Assembly: GCA_951406725.2 (NCBI GenBank)
Contig: OX597814.1
Coordinates: forward strand, 187,488,001 to 187,552,000
Direction of reading: 5' to 3'
DNA from: Octopus vulgaris
Lineage: Eukaryota
Length of the DNA stretch: 64,000 nucleotides
The notes beneath the pieces are model-generated. The model ran no database searches and had not been told where the DNA came from. It saw nothing but the letters and a program-made list of their open reading frames with translations. Both the position numbers and the translations under genes were made by a program. Position 1 is the stretch's first letter. Every line of letters starts with the position of its first letter. This document shows positions 39,161 to 52,642 of this stretch, piece by piece.

Positions 39161-42100
39161 ACGCATGTACTTATAAATACATTAGAATGGTGAGTTCTGT
39201 ATTCAAGACTTATAGGTAATTTAGGGGCTAAAGAAGTAACTATGTCACCTTGATAGATTTGGTTATGTTGAATATCTCAAGTATTTAGTTGTGTGCCTAT
39301 GTTGTATATCTCAGGTTTGAGATGATGCAAGTTATGTATTGTTTATGAATAAAGAATATTTAGATTTGTAAAGATTGATAGACCCAGCAATTGTGATGAT
39401 TGATGATTATAGCTATGTGGTATCTATGAATAAAGTGATAATGATGTCCTTTTGCTTTATTTAAATGTGTTAGTTTTCTCTTTTTCTTCCTGTTCTTGTT
39501 GAGTTACAATTACATGTTGTTTTGAATATGTTACCATTGTAGGATATATGGAAAATAAAAGAAGCATCTAAACTGATGCCATCAATCTAAGAGAGCAGGG
39601 GTGACAAACATTGATAGAGAAAATCAAAGTAAAGACAGAACTCTAAATAATGTATTTTTGAGTTTATAAGATTACCGTTTCTATGTTCCTCTGACACACA
39701 AGGAAACTTTCAAAGTGACCAGAAACGGCAAGTTTTCTCAGAAGATTCCCAAGCTGATAGACAAACACGCACGCACATGCATGTGCGTTCATCCTTTGTT
39801 TACGCACGCGTCAGCAAAGTCTACCTTGATAAGTAAACACTAGATATAAACAGAATAAAAAATAAACTAAGGAAAGCAGTAAATGTGTTTCATTTACAGT
39901 TTTCAGTAATATAGTTGCATATTACATGCCAAGAGGAGAAAAACAAAATAATTGCAGATAATTTGCTTGGATTATATGGCTTTTACTACAGTCGTCTATT
40001 ATTTTTACTATCATCATTGTTATTATTATTAATATTATTATTATTGTTATTATTATTATTACTATCATTATTATTATTATTATTGCTATTATTATTAAAT
40101 AGAAACAATCACTTTAATAGCATACAGAACAGTATTAAAGGAGAGAAATTTCTATTTCTGTTTATTCCAATATCAATTTTCTTTATTGCACCATTTATTT
40201 AGTTGTTTGCTGATAGAAGAAAATGTCCAAAAACTAAAGGTAACGAATTATTGGTATTGGCAATAATTTAATAGGAATCGTCTTTTTTTTTTTTAAGGGT
40301 GTGTTTCTGGGACGGAGTGGTGATATTTTTTTTTTTTTTTTTTAACTCTTTCTTTCATTTTCTCTGATTACCACCTATGTCAAGCGTTACATTTTCTGTG
40401 AGACATCTAAATGTAATTACTGGAATATTACTATTTACTCTATTCTAGACACAATATACAAGGTTATGCTAAATGAAATCACAAGCCAAAATCCAAGTAG
40501 CTAGTATATTCCAGTTTGGTATCAAGCTTAAGTCAGAGAAAGACATTTGCCCCCTTCAAACGGCATAGGAAACAGTCTTCAGATATTTCAACTGTAGCAT
40601 GCGTTAGAAATCCTAAGGCAGTTTGAGAGATGTAGTTTGTACAAAATATCAACAAGCAGACACAAAATCCATAATCAAATTTAATCTCTTTCCCATCGTT
40701 GCCGTCATCATCTAATGTCTGTTTTCCATGCTGGCATGGATTGGACGATTTGACACGAGCTAGTGTGGCTGAGAGCTGAACCAGGCTCCATTGTCTGTTT
40801 TGGCATGGTTTCTATGGCTGGATGCCCTTTCTGTTGCCAACCACTTTATAGCATGCTTTCTATGTGGTACCAGCACTGACAGGGCCACCAAGTAACTTGG
40901 AAGACAAAAAAACCCTCAGCTGGGAGTGGTGTGGCTTTTTGTGCCGTGTGTGTGTGTGTGTGTATTGCTGGCATATATACACACACTGAAACACATACAG
41001 GTTATATTTTCTCATTTATCATACAAAAACATAACTGCCCTTTGTGGAAGGATTGTGCAAAGTTGCTCCATATGCTGGTTTGCATGTGCGAGTACACTGA
41101 CATGCATACACACATACATACACACACATACATACACACACATACAGGGTGCAGTAATAAAAGAAAAAATAACCTTTCAAAATTTGATGATAGTTTTCAT
41201 TATCAAACCTTTTGAAGTTTCATGTCTTACTTTGTTTCATTTTGAATATTAAAATACAAAGAGGAAAAAATATTTTTACAAGTAATATATGTGGCTAATT
41301 GTAAGAACTGATGAAAGGAACACTTGAAGAAATATGCAATAATAAGGTGAAAACATGTAGGTAATTTGATAAGCCATATCAATTTGCTTTTTTGGGTGAA
41401 GGTTAGTATAACTATGTCAAAGGATGAAGATAGTTTATCATAACCTTTTTGCATATGAGAAATGTAAAGAGTGCAAGTGAAACTGATCCAGTAGTTACTA
41501 GATCAAAGGTATTGTTGAATTGTATTAAAGAAGGAGTTCCACAGAATAGTGGTCCTTAAAGATGAATAATGTTTGGTGTGTAGTGTATAAAAACTAAAAT
41601 ACATAGGTGGAATGAAGTGGAAAGATCAAAAAGAAATGGAATAGAGCTGGTAACTTTTGAATAAGATAGGAAGTTATATAATAGAGATGGGAGAAGCAAG
41701 CGAACACAGCACATTAAAACATTTCATTCGGGGAAGAATTATCAATCAGGTGAATAGCTTTCAGAAGATGTATCATCTTAGCTGTGGAAAAAAGTATTTC
41801 CAAAGTGAAGCTATTGTAGAAATTCAAGAGCTATTCAAAGCTGAAATATATTTTGCTGCAAAAAAGAAACTGTTTCTTTGACTAATAAGGCTTCTAGAAG
41901 AAATTGTTAGAGATAGTAATTCCTTATATGTGTAATTATAGGGATGTTTTTAAGTCAGAAATCGCTGAAGAGTGATGGTATTTTTTAAAAATAATGGTTC
42001 CTGATTAAAACACAAAACAAGAAATTCATAAAGGAAAAGTTAGTGATTCCACTAACACCAGTACTTGACTGGTATTTTATATCATTGACTCTAAAAGGAT

Positions 42101-43227
42101 GAAAAGTAAAACCGACTTCAGCAAAATTTGAACTCAAGAAGGTAGAGATAGGGAAGAAATATCGACAGTATTTTTTACTAGGCTCTAATGATTCTATCAA
42201 TTCACCAACCTTATTTCTTGAAATAATAACATTATTATCTCATACATATTGGGGAGATAAAGTAAAATTATGGAAGAAGTGGATGTTTTGTGAGAGTTAC
42301 TGTTGTTAGGGATATTAATGGACAATATATTGGATTTAAAGAAGAGGGAAAATAAAAGGCTGTCAAATTTCATAGGAATGCATGAGATAGATAGATAGAT
42401 GTGCCATGTATAAAGAGACTTGTCATGATGAAGGAGCTTTGGGAGACAGCAGAGTTGATGAGGGATTGTTGAAGGTGTTGTTGATAGAAATAAATATGGT
42501 ATGAACAGTGAGAAAATTTTGGATAAAAGAAATTACATCCAAATGAAATCTATAATGGGGGAAAAAATGATGTCAAAATATTTGCACATCAAATTTTTCA
42601 TTGGCTGCTAACATTGATGGCACAAGTTTTACTTTTATTAAAACTTTCTAAAGCCACCTCCTAAGTAGACTGCATTTTTAGAAACTATATTGGTTGTAGT
42701 TAAGAGCTTATATGACTTACAATAAATCTTTGTGTAAAAAGAAGACACTGAATAGTGTGCTTAAGATGAACTGATTCTGAACTGCAATATTTGAAAGTAA
42801 GAGCTGAGATGTCATTTAGTGAGGGATCTAACAACTTTGTTTTGATTTATCCCTTAATTGATAAAATCCCACTGGAAAAAGTATTTTTTACCAATCAGGA
42901 AAAAAACAAAAAATCCAAGAGAATATTATTCAAAATCCTTGATAGATCAGCCTGTCCATTTTATAAGAGTTAATTTTGGAGCAATAAAACTCATTTCTCT
43001 TTTAGTTATAACCACTCTGAACCAATTTAATGCATGCTATATCAAATAAAATAGACCAAATATTTTGATGAGGTTGGTGGCGGGGGCTGTTGTGTGTGTG
43101 ATTTACAACAAAAAATGGTTAATATATATTCGATACATATATCTATGATTTACTTCAAAAAAGAGTTTACACACACGATTCACCCCAATAAATAAAAGTT
43201 GTATGTATGTATCTATGTGTGTGTGAG

Positions 43228-43264
<37 letters not shown>

Positions 43265-43269
<5 letters not shown>

Positions 43270-43565
43270 CGGTGGCACATAAAAAAACACCATCCGAGCG
43301 TGGCCGTTTGCCAGCCTCGTCTGGCACCTGTGTCGGTGGCACATAAAATCACCCACTACACTCTCGGAGTGGTTGGCGTTAGGAAGGGCATCCAGCTGTA
43401 GAAACACTGCCAGATCTGACTGGACTGGTGCAGCTTTCGGGCTCCCCAGACCCCAGTTGAACCGTCCAACCCATGCTAGCATGGAAAGCGGACGTTAAAT
43501 GATGATGATGATGATGATATATATATATCAACCCATGCCTGTATGGAAAACGGACGTTAAACGAA
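43265..43565 (+). mobile_element. SINE family C with duplicated terminal segment
   Basis: The C consensus ends at ~43517; caacccatgc...ggacgttaaac is repeated at 43528-43563. Confidence 0.85.
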
Positions 43566-43604
43566 ATATTTATATATATATATATATATGAAATCATCAC
43601 TACC

Positions 43605-43945
43605 ATCCTCATCATCATTTAATGTCTATTTTCCATGCTGGCATGGGTTAGATAGTTTGACAGGAGCTGGCAAGCTAGAGAGCCTTGCTCCATTGTCTGC
43701 TTTGGTATGGTTTCTGCAGCTAGATGCCCTTCACATAACAGAGTGTACTGGGTGCTTTTTAATGTGGCACCAGCACTGGTGCTTTTTACATGGCACCAAC
43801 ATCAGCAGGGTTACCAAGTAACTTGCAAGACAAAGACCCCTCAACTGAGAAAGAGAATGTTACTGAGAGAGGTGGCTTTCTGCCAGTTGAAAGATTAAGG
43901 TATAATAGAAGGATAGAGAGAGGTGTCTTACCATGGAGGAGATAC
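43605..43945 (-). mobile_element. SINE family C (older subfamily), inverted relative to the 43265 copy
   Basis: catcatttaatgtctattttccatgctggcatgggtt...gagtgtactgggtgctttt. Confidence 0.8.
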
Positions 43946-44029
43946 TTAGCCATCCTAGTAGGAAAAAAATGAGAGGAAGGAGAGATAGAGTTAGAGATAA
44001 AGACAGACACAGAGTGAGAAAGAGAGATA

Positions 44030-44532
44030 TTTTTATCTTTTTATTTGACTGCAGTCATGCTGGAGCACTACCTTGAGGGGTATTTGTCAAACAAATCAAC
44101 CCAAGGACTTTTTCTTTTAAAACATAGTACTTAGTCTATCAGTCTCTTTTGCTGAACCGCTAAGTCACAGGAATGTAAACACACCAACTAGTTGTCAAGC
44201 AGTGGTGGAGGACAAACACAGACAGATAGATATATGTGTATCTAAGTATACACATATATCTATGTATATACTTAGATATATATCTAAGTATACACATATA
44301 CCTATGCATATAGTTAGATATATATCTAAGTATACACATACATATATACTTATATATATACATATATATGACAGGCTTCTTTCAGTTCCTGTCTACTAAA
44401 TCCTTTCACAAGGCTTAGGTCAGCCCAAGGCAATAGTAGAAGACACCTGGCCAAAGTGTCATGCAGTGGGACTTGATCAGGAACTAGGTGGGTGGGAAGC
44501 AAACTTCTTACCACACAGCCATGCCTGCACCA
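44030..44532 (-). mobile_element. SINE family A with an internal 42-bp palindromic minisatellite (44239-44340)
   Basis: A-family tail and head; unit tatctaagtatacacatatatctatgtatatacttagatata starts at 44239, 44281 and 44323. Confidence 0.85.
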
Positions 44533-45600
44533 CATATATAATGATTAGAATTGTAACCTTTTGTATTTAGCAGTAATTTTTGTATTGTAGCTTGGTCACC
44601 ATTGTAGGTAGGTCAGATTATATTCATTATTACTAGCCAAGTCACTCTGACGGAGTGAAAATTGAGAACCTCATCATGTTATTGAGAACACCAAGAGTGA
44701 CTTCATGCCAAGTTATTCAAAACCTCAATTGTAACTTAATTTTTTTTAAATACTTCTACTAATTATTTATAACTAAATATTCATTACTCACCATTTTTCA
44801 ACATCTACCTTAGTCTGACAGATAACCAAAGATAAGTAATTTTCAACAAACTCAACAAAATAGTTTTTATAATATTAACTTTTGCCTTCCATTTGATCCA
44901 ATCAACTATGCTGCTATAAAAGCAGCTTCTAAGGAATGCTTTTTTTTTTTCAACCCCTACTTCGTTCTTCCAAGAAATAATGCCTTCATTCTCAGTAAAT
45001 CAATCTTGAGTGTGCATGTATGAGTATGTGCAAGCACTCACATGTATGTTTAATACAGTTTAGTTTTGTTTGAGGAAGTAAATTGATTATAAATAATTAA
45101 CAAAAGTTACTTCAAAGTGTTCTTTTGTGTAAACTGATATTTTGTCCCCACTAAAGAATTCTTATGCTGATATTCATTTCTTTTATTTAGTACAAGGCTA
45201 CAAATTTGTAGAGGAAGGGTATAATTATTTGAATTAACCACAGTACATGTCTATTGATTACTTTATTGACCACACCCACCGTTAAAAGGATTAAAGGAAA
45301 AACAGGGTGAACTCAGAATTCAGGAGAATGAAATTAAATACTATTAAATGTTTAGTCAAGTCCTCTACTCGATTCTAATGCTCATATTAACTGTTTTATT
45401 CAGTTAACAAGTACTAATTCTTAAATACAGTTTTACCCCCCCCCCCCCACACACACACACACCCTCATGACAACAGGGAAGAGCAGAGTCTTCAGAATGG
45501 GAGTTGACAGATAATATTGAGGATCAAAGTTTTCAATAACCAAATCATTTAGAAATTTTAAAGGTATACCAGAGGGATCAAGAGCCTTGTGGTATATATA

Positions 45601-45833
45601 TATTTCTTTATTACCCACAAGGGGCTAAACACAGAGGGGACAAACAAGGACAGACAAATAGATTAAGTCGATTACATCGACCCCAGTGCGTAACTGGTAC
45701 TTAATTTATCGACCCCGAAAGGATGAAAGGCAAAGTCAACCTCGGCGGAATTTGAACCCAGAACGTAACGGCAGACAAAATACGGCTACGCATTTCACCC
45801 GGCGTGCTAACGTTTCTGCCAGCTCACCGCCTT
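45601..45833 (-). mobile_element. SINE family B, young, CpG-rich, with a perfect 17-bp TSD
   Basis: gccttgtggtatatata at 45584-45600 and 45834-45850. Confidence 0.95.
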
Positions 45834-46491
45834 GCCTTGTGGTATATATAATTAACAGAAAACAAACGGTAACTGTACAGGAAATGAGATATGTAGATAT
45901 TTGATGTTATAGTGGTGTCATACCCTTTATATTTTAAGGCTAACATTTTCAAAGAAAAATTATTATAAGAATTAATTTGGGTACCATCAAATTTCAAACT
46001 TATATGACTTGTAGATTGGTTATATGTATCTAAAAGATATCATCCACAGAAAATAGTATTTAAAATATTGATTTATTTATTCAGTATTTCCAAAGGAATT
46101 TTGAAATATTTGAAATAAAAAATCTATAAAGTAAAAGAACTGTTTTTAGAATATTCTTTCTAATAATTGAATAGATTTTCTGTTCAAATAAATATGAAAT
46201 ATATTTTTCTGAAAGTGTCTGAGATGATTTTCAATACCTTTTCTCTTATTTTTCTAAATAAAATATTCCAGTAAATACTCATTTAGCACAAAATTTTTCT
46301 CTTCACACGAATAAAACAAATTGACCTACAATTTTTAATTAATTTGTTTAAACTTATTAGCACTGATATCTCAATGGTATCTAGTTTTTCATTATCTCTG
46401 ACTTGAATCAGAATGTTACCAATCATACTAGTAGAAGCAAAGGAAATATTTTCCCTGTAAAACATACTACTACTATTACTACGTACATACA

Positions 46492-46540
<49 letters not shown>

Positions 46541-46689
46541 CAGACAGACAGACAGAGACGCAGAGGGGGGGTATTGAAACTCAAGTTGTGAGATAAACAT
46601 CCAGTTTCAATAAACCATATTAACCTACATGTATTGAGTACTCCTTTCTCATTCGTTCAACACTTATTCATTTACATGTGTTCAACAAA

Positions 46690-48330
46690 TATCAACCACT
46701 GAGTTTCCCTCAGTTTGTGTCATCTTACCTTTCTCAATGGTTCTAGACAGAAATGAAAACTGGATCACAAACAACTAACCTACAGCATCCCAACATCTTA
46801 CTATATTTTCAAGATCATTAATTAATGGGATTAGAATGATAATAATGTTATCAATAATCGCCAACATCATTACTTCCATTTAATCTGCTGTCCAGACTCA
46901 TCAATTCCATTACTGTAAGGATTGTCCTGTCTTGAGGAAGTAGTAACATTTTCACACATTTCATGAACATACTTCAAAGAGAATCACCCTTTCACTACTT
47001 TAATAACATATTTGGAATCTCAAATGATACTGTATATTCCAAATTTGCTCTGCTACATACATAGAATCCACTCTCCTTGCTGGTTATCAGTAATGGCTTC
47101 CAGACTTCATTATTTTCTATACCTGCTGTCAGTGTCTCTTGCAGTTCTCCAAACACCCCTGATCACCATCAGCTATCTACTTCCTGAATGAAAATAGTTA
47201 TCCCACCACATCTCTTGCACTTCATATTAGCAAATTCTTCAACCTATGTTTGGTATAAGAACCTATTAGATAAGTTGTATGCCTATTAGAAGCTTCTTGT
47301 CAGATCACTTCATTGAAATGTACTGATAAGAATTGTCTCTAATCAACACTACCTTAATTCAAGTGCACCCCAAGGTTCAGTAATATCTCCACATTCTTCT
47401 TGTACATTAATGACTCACTTCCTCAAACAACTGACATGTCTATACAGATTACAGCAGCCTTCACTCCTCTTTAAACTTTTACACAGGTATCAATCATGCA
47501 TGACCTAAACACCTCATTCTCCTACAAAGATATAATAAGTCTTTTTTCAACAATACAAAGGTACAAATGCTACACATATCAAAGAAAAAGATTTTGCCTC
47601 ACCCTAGTGTCAGCTTGAGGCATGGGCACACTGCGCAATGGCCTGGGGTCTCACAGATCTAAGAGCCCAATTCTGAGCTATGTATGCTTTATCATGCTGT
47701 CAATAAATAAATACTATAGAGCCCAATGTACTGATATGTTTGGGGGCCTATAATGCTGCTAATAGAGCCCTGCTCTAATCATGAAGAACACATAAAAATT
47801 CCAACATAAAAACAACTGCTACTTATCACACTTTCTCTATGACTTATTCTGTTGTGTCTGGGGAGAATCATTTTCTTTTTGTGCCTTATAATGTAACATA
47901 CACACCGGTAACATTTCCACTTATTTCTTATTTTTATTTTCCTAAAATTTTCATTGCGCCTTGCAACCTTTTCAATAGTATTGAGTGTGTTACATTATAA
48001 GGCACAAAAAGAAAATGACTCTCCCCAGACACAACAGAATATGCTTCAACACACAAACTCACATAAAGAATCTTGCAAACCAAATCCAAAAATGAAATCT
48101 ATGACTTATGTTATATAACTTTACAAAATTGCATCAGGAAAGACTAGAATCTTCTTTAGGGTGAAGAAATGCTCTTATCCTGGTTAATTGTTGTCCCTTT
48201 ACAATGCTTAAGTAAAAACATTGTTAGCACTGGAACAATGTTTTTGTTGCTCACACAGATGCCCTACATCACATCCAAAAAGAAAACTGTTTGAATGATT
48301 TACTTGATACAAGCCTTTCTATTGGGGGAT
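46690..48330 (+). mobile_element. Long, highly decayed LINE (CR1/L2/Jockey-type) with later insertions
   Basis: At ~47362-47465 the frames read APQGSVISP...LYIND...YTDYSSLH, resembling GVPQGSVLSP..FLLYIND...YADDSTL. Boundaries approximate. Confidence 0.6.
47848..48097. mobile_element. Short Penelope-like foldback insertion with a 12-bp TSD and a variant hammerhead motif
   Basis: ~56-bp inverted arms at 47846-47903 and 47985-48041; tctatgacttat duplicated at 47836-47847 and 48098-48109. Confidence 0.8.
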
Positions 48331-49065
48331 TCCGTTAGACCTATTTTTGTATTGAGTCAAAGATATTTTTATCAAGAGTTTAGCCTTTAGTCTGCAGTCC
48401 AGTGAGATACAATTACAATAGCTTTTTAGGTTTTCACCTCCTTTCAGAATGACATGTTAGATTACTAAGTACTAAAGTATGACATTAGGAGAAAATGATG
48501 GATAAATCTCTATATATTTAAGCTCAATGAACTACAAACAGAAATCAATACTCTCTACATCTTCCTTAGACTGCTTCCATATCTGTACTATTTTTAGTAG
48601 ACTGATGAAATTCTGCATTTGACATTTTATATTTGGTTTGCAACATTCTTGATGTTAACTTGTGAGTTGAAACAGATTTTGTTGTATCTTGGAAGGGTCA
48701 TTATGCCAGGAATAAACACACACAGTTTTATTTCACTTCTTTTGTTATTATCATGTGACTTAATGGTTAGGGTGTTGGGAGTCCTGATCATAGGACTGCA
48801 GTTTTGATTCCTGGATTGAGTAACATTTTGTGTTCTTAAGTAAAACATTTAATTTTACTTCATGTTGCTCCTGTCCACTCGGCTGACAAAAACGGGTAGT
48901 CTTGGGACAGAATTAACACACACCATTGTATCAGAACTGTAAATTTGCTAATGATAACGTTTAATAGTTAAATGCACTATTGGTGTAAGGCTATCATGCA
49001 AGAATTCTATATGTGCTATCCAGAACACAAACCCGGGTTGAGTTCCAGATGCTGCATATTCTTTA

Positions 49066-49375
49066 GGCATAGGTGTAGTTGTATGGTTTAAAAGTGTGCA
49101 TCACAATTTCATGGTGTAGGGTTCAATCCCACTACTTTCCACCTTAGGCAAGTGTCTTCTACTATAGCCTCAAGCTAATGCCTTGTGAGTGGTTTTGATA
49201 GATTAAAACTGTATGGAAGATTGTCAAATGTATGCATGTGCACGCACACACATGCACTTCATTTATACCCCCATCACTACTTGACAACAGGAATAGGTTT
49301 GTCTACATCCCTATAATTTAGAAATTTGGCAACAAGAGACTGATAGAATAAATCCCAGATTTTAAAAAAGTACTG
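49066..49375 (+). mobile_element. SINE family A, diverged
   Basis: ggcataggtgtagttgtatggtt...gttcaatccc...ccttaggcaagtgtcttctactatagcc. Confidence 0.75.
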
Positions 49376-49455
49376 AGCTAAAATATTAGGAGAGTAGATA
49401 ATAAAATAATAATTCCAGTGGCCTCCAAATTAAACAGAATAAAAAATATGTTTAA

Positions 49456-49675
49456 CCTTTTAGCATTCTGATTATTCTGTCAAATGTAATGTTTATTTAT
49501 TCACATTGTTTTGAATTAACCATGCATTATCTTGTAGCTTTTAGTGTTCAATGATGTGAATGTTTATTTTTAGAATAATATTGTAGGGCAGGTGTGAGAG
49601 GTTGGATCTGACCAATTTGAACACAAAACAGGTAAAATATCTAGGTTGGATATGGCTAGTTTAAATGCTAAAAGG
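49456..49675. mobile_element. TTAA-type (piggyBac-like) MITE, intact
   Basis: TTAA|ccttttagcatt ... aatgctaaaagg|TTAA; perfect 12-bp TIR. Confidence 0.9.
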
Positions 49676-50149
49676 TTAAGTCTGCTCAAAATGATGATCT
49701 TTAGCAATGATAGCAAACAGAAAACCAAGGAATGAATTCATACACTGCTATCAAGAATAATGAAAAGGACTGTTCAGTAAAAACTGAACTGTTTTAATAC
49801 TGAATATGTTTTAAACACATAGATGTATTTTTGCATATTGATATATAACTAATTAACTAGAAGCTAAGACATTAAAAATTCCAAAGGGGAGAATCTCTAA
49901 CGGGTGCAGGCATAACTGCATGACTTGGAAATTTGCTTAGTACCATATGGTTCTGGGCTCAATCCTGCTGTTTACTCTGACTATTTAGAGAATGTCTTCT
50001 ACCATCAGCTTTGGTTCAGCTGATGTTTGGTGAATGGAATTTAGGATTTTGGTTAATGGAAACCATGCAACAAGCTCATTGTGTGTGTGAGGGGAGATGT
50101 TTCTTCCAGTGAACTAAATACTTTAGGTATTTAGTTTGGTACTCATTCT

Positions 50150-50388
50150 TATTTCTTTACTACCCACAAGGGGATAGGGGACAAACAAGGACAGACAAAC
50201 GGATTAAGTCGATTATATCGACCCCAGTGTGTAACTGGTACTTATTTAATCAACCCTGGAAGGATAAAAGGCAAAGTCAACAACGGCAGAATTTGAACTC
50301 AGAACAAAGTGACAGATGAAAATCTGCTAAGCATTTCACCCAGCGTGCTAACGTTTCTGCCAGCTTTTCCGCCTCATTTGATAGAATG
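50150..50388 (-). mobile_element. SINE family B with a 17-bp TSD and extra bases at the 5' junction
   Basis: agtttggtactcattct at 50133-50149 and 50389-50405. Confidence 0.9.
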
Positions 50389-51330
50389 AGTTTGGTACTC
50401 ATTCTATCAAACCCTATTGAATGGTAATGTGTTGAGCTATGTCCCTTTTAAAGAATAATCTTCCCTAGTGAACAAAATACCACAAGGCATTTAAAGATAT
50501 TGACAAAATGAGTATCGGAATAATGTGCAGGGTCACTAATCTAAACCTTTGAAGCAGGAAGGAGCCCTAGACTGAAACCAGTAATGGAAAAAGTAAAATT
50601 ATTTTGCCTTAGAAATGATACTGGATGAAACAATGAAGGAACTGTCACTTCACAAACACACACACACACATCTATACATACATGTGTGTTTGAAAGAGGA
50701 GGGGAAGAGAGGAGAAAAGAAATCTAACTTGTCTCATATAAGTATAATATACAAAAATCAGAGTTTCTCATTTATCTGCTGTGTACATAATATTGGATTC
50801 ATAAGTTTAAAAACAAAATATACCCTGCTATGACAGATATGTTATTGTATCTGTGAGTAAAGGCAAATGTTTTTTCATCAGCTATCTCTACACCACAGAT
50901 CTGCTTGACCAAAGTTGATTGTGTCCTCACAACACCAATAGCCATACAGTTGACAATTACTACTGTATGTAGATAGGGATGAGGGGTGAAACAAATACAG
51001 TTAATCAGATGTATAAACTTCTGTTAGTACACTCAAAGTCAACATAAAAATAATAATAAACTAAGAAATATGAAAAAAATTTTATTAGAAGTATAAATCT
51101 GTAAACAACAGATAAACTAACTTTGATACTACTTATAAAAAGTACAGAGAACTTACTGTAGTATGTAGCTTAGCTATAAAGAATATTTGTGTTATCTAAG
51201 AGCCATGTATAAGCAAAAGTTTAGGTATAAATAAACAAATATTCATTAAATGACATAGTAATAGTTTGTGGTAGTTGTTTAAAGAGAAACTAGCCTGTGT
51301 TCGTATTCAGCCAGAATAGAAATCAAATTC

Positions 51331-51342
51331 CTCTCTCTCTCA

Positions 51343-51373
<31 letters not shown>

Positions 51374-51420
51374 ACTCACTCACTCACTCACTCACTCACT
51401 CACTCACTCACTCACTCACT
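51331..51420. repeat. (CT)n(CACT)n compound microsatellite
   Basis: Seen directly. Confidence 0.95.
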
Positions 51421-52214
51421 GAGGCATTTATGTGTACAAAGTCGGCAAACTGGCAAAGTTGTTAAGATAGAATAGCTTGTGGTAATTCGTTCCAGAGCTT
51501 TCTGCATTTCAAATCCTGCAGAAGTCAACTCCTGCTTTTCATCCTTTCAAAGACAAGACAGGACCAGTATGGAGTGGTGGTCGGCAGAATCATTTGAGCA
51601 TTACCTCATGGCTGAATTGCTAGAAAGATGCCCTGTGCTATATGTTCCTCCTCATTTTTGTTCTGAGTTCAAATTCCACTGCTACCACCAGCCCCCTCCT
51701 TACAGGAATGGAACCTTCAGGACCTGGCTAATGGTTATAGGCCTCCTGTGTCAGATATATGTGTACAAACAAGAAAACTGAAAAAAGGAAGCACTCAATA
51801 CACTCTGTAGAGTTTATAAGTGTACTTAAACATAATGATTTGCTATTGCGTTACTATACTTGTCTATACTGCAGTGCCCTTTATTTGTCGAGACAATATC
51901 ACTTCCATCATCAAACAGCTACACAGCCCTCACCACGACAGCCACCTTGTTGAAATTAATCCACTTGTTTACGCAAGAGAACTTGCCTTTCCACAGAGTT
52001 GATGTACTGGGCATCAATTATACCATCTGGCTCTATCCAGAGGAACAAGGACAAGGGAGTTCCTACTAAGAACTTCAAGGGTCATTACAATCAAGGACTA
52101 CATTCTTTTAGATCTAGAGTCAGAGAAAAATCCAACTTTCCTATCCTGATTCATATGGAAACTCAAAGACCAAAGATACTATTACTCTACTATAACTTGG
52201 AATATTGTTGACGT

Positions 52215-52642
52215 AGGCATAGGAGTGGCTGTGTGGTAAGTAGCTTGCTTATGAACCACATGGTTTTTGGGTTCAGTCCCACTGCATGGCACCTCGGGCA
52301 AGTGTCTTCTACTATAGCCTCGGGCCGACCAAAGTCTTGTGAGTGGATTTAGTAGACAGAAACTGAAAGAAGCCTGTCATATATATGTGTATATATGTGT
52401 GTATATATATATGTGTGTGTGTGTATGTATGTATATGTTTGTGTGTCTGTGTTTGCCCCACCCACCCCTCAACATCGCTTGACAACCGATTCTGGTGTGT
52501 TTACGTCCCTGTAACTTAGCGGTTTGGCAAAGAGACCGATAGAATAAGTACTAGGCTTACAAAGAATAAGTCCTGGGGTCGATTTGCTCGACTAAAGGCA
52601 GTGTTCTTGCATAGCCACAGTCAAATGACTGAAACAAGTAAA
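52215..52642 (+). mobile_element. SINE family A, full length
   Basis: tRNA-like head (tggctgtgtgg / ggttcagtccc), CORE-like gcacctcgggcaagtg, (TA/TG)n linker, (aaaagagt)n tail. Confidence 0.92.
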
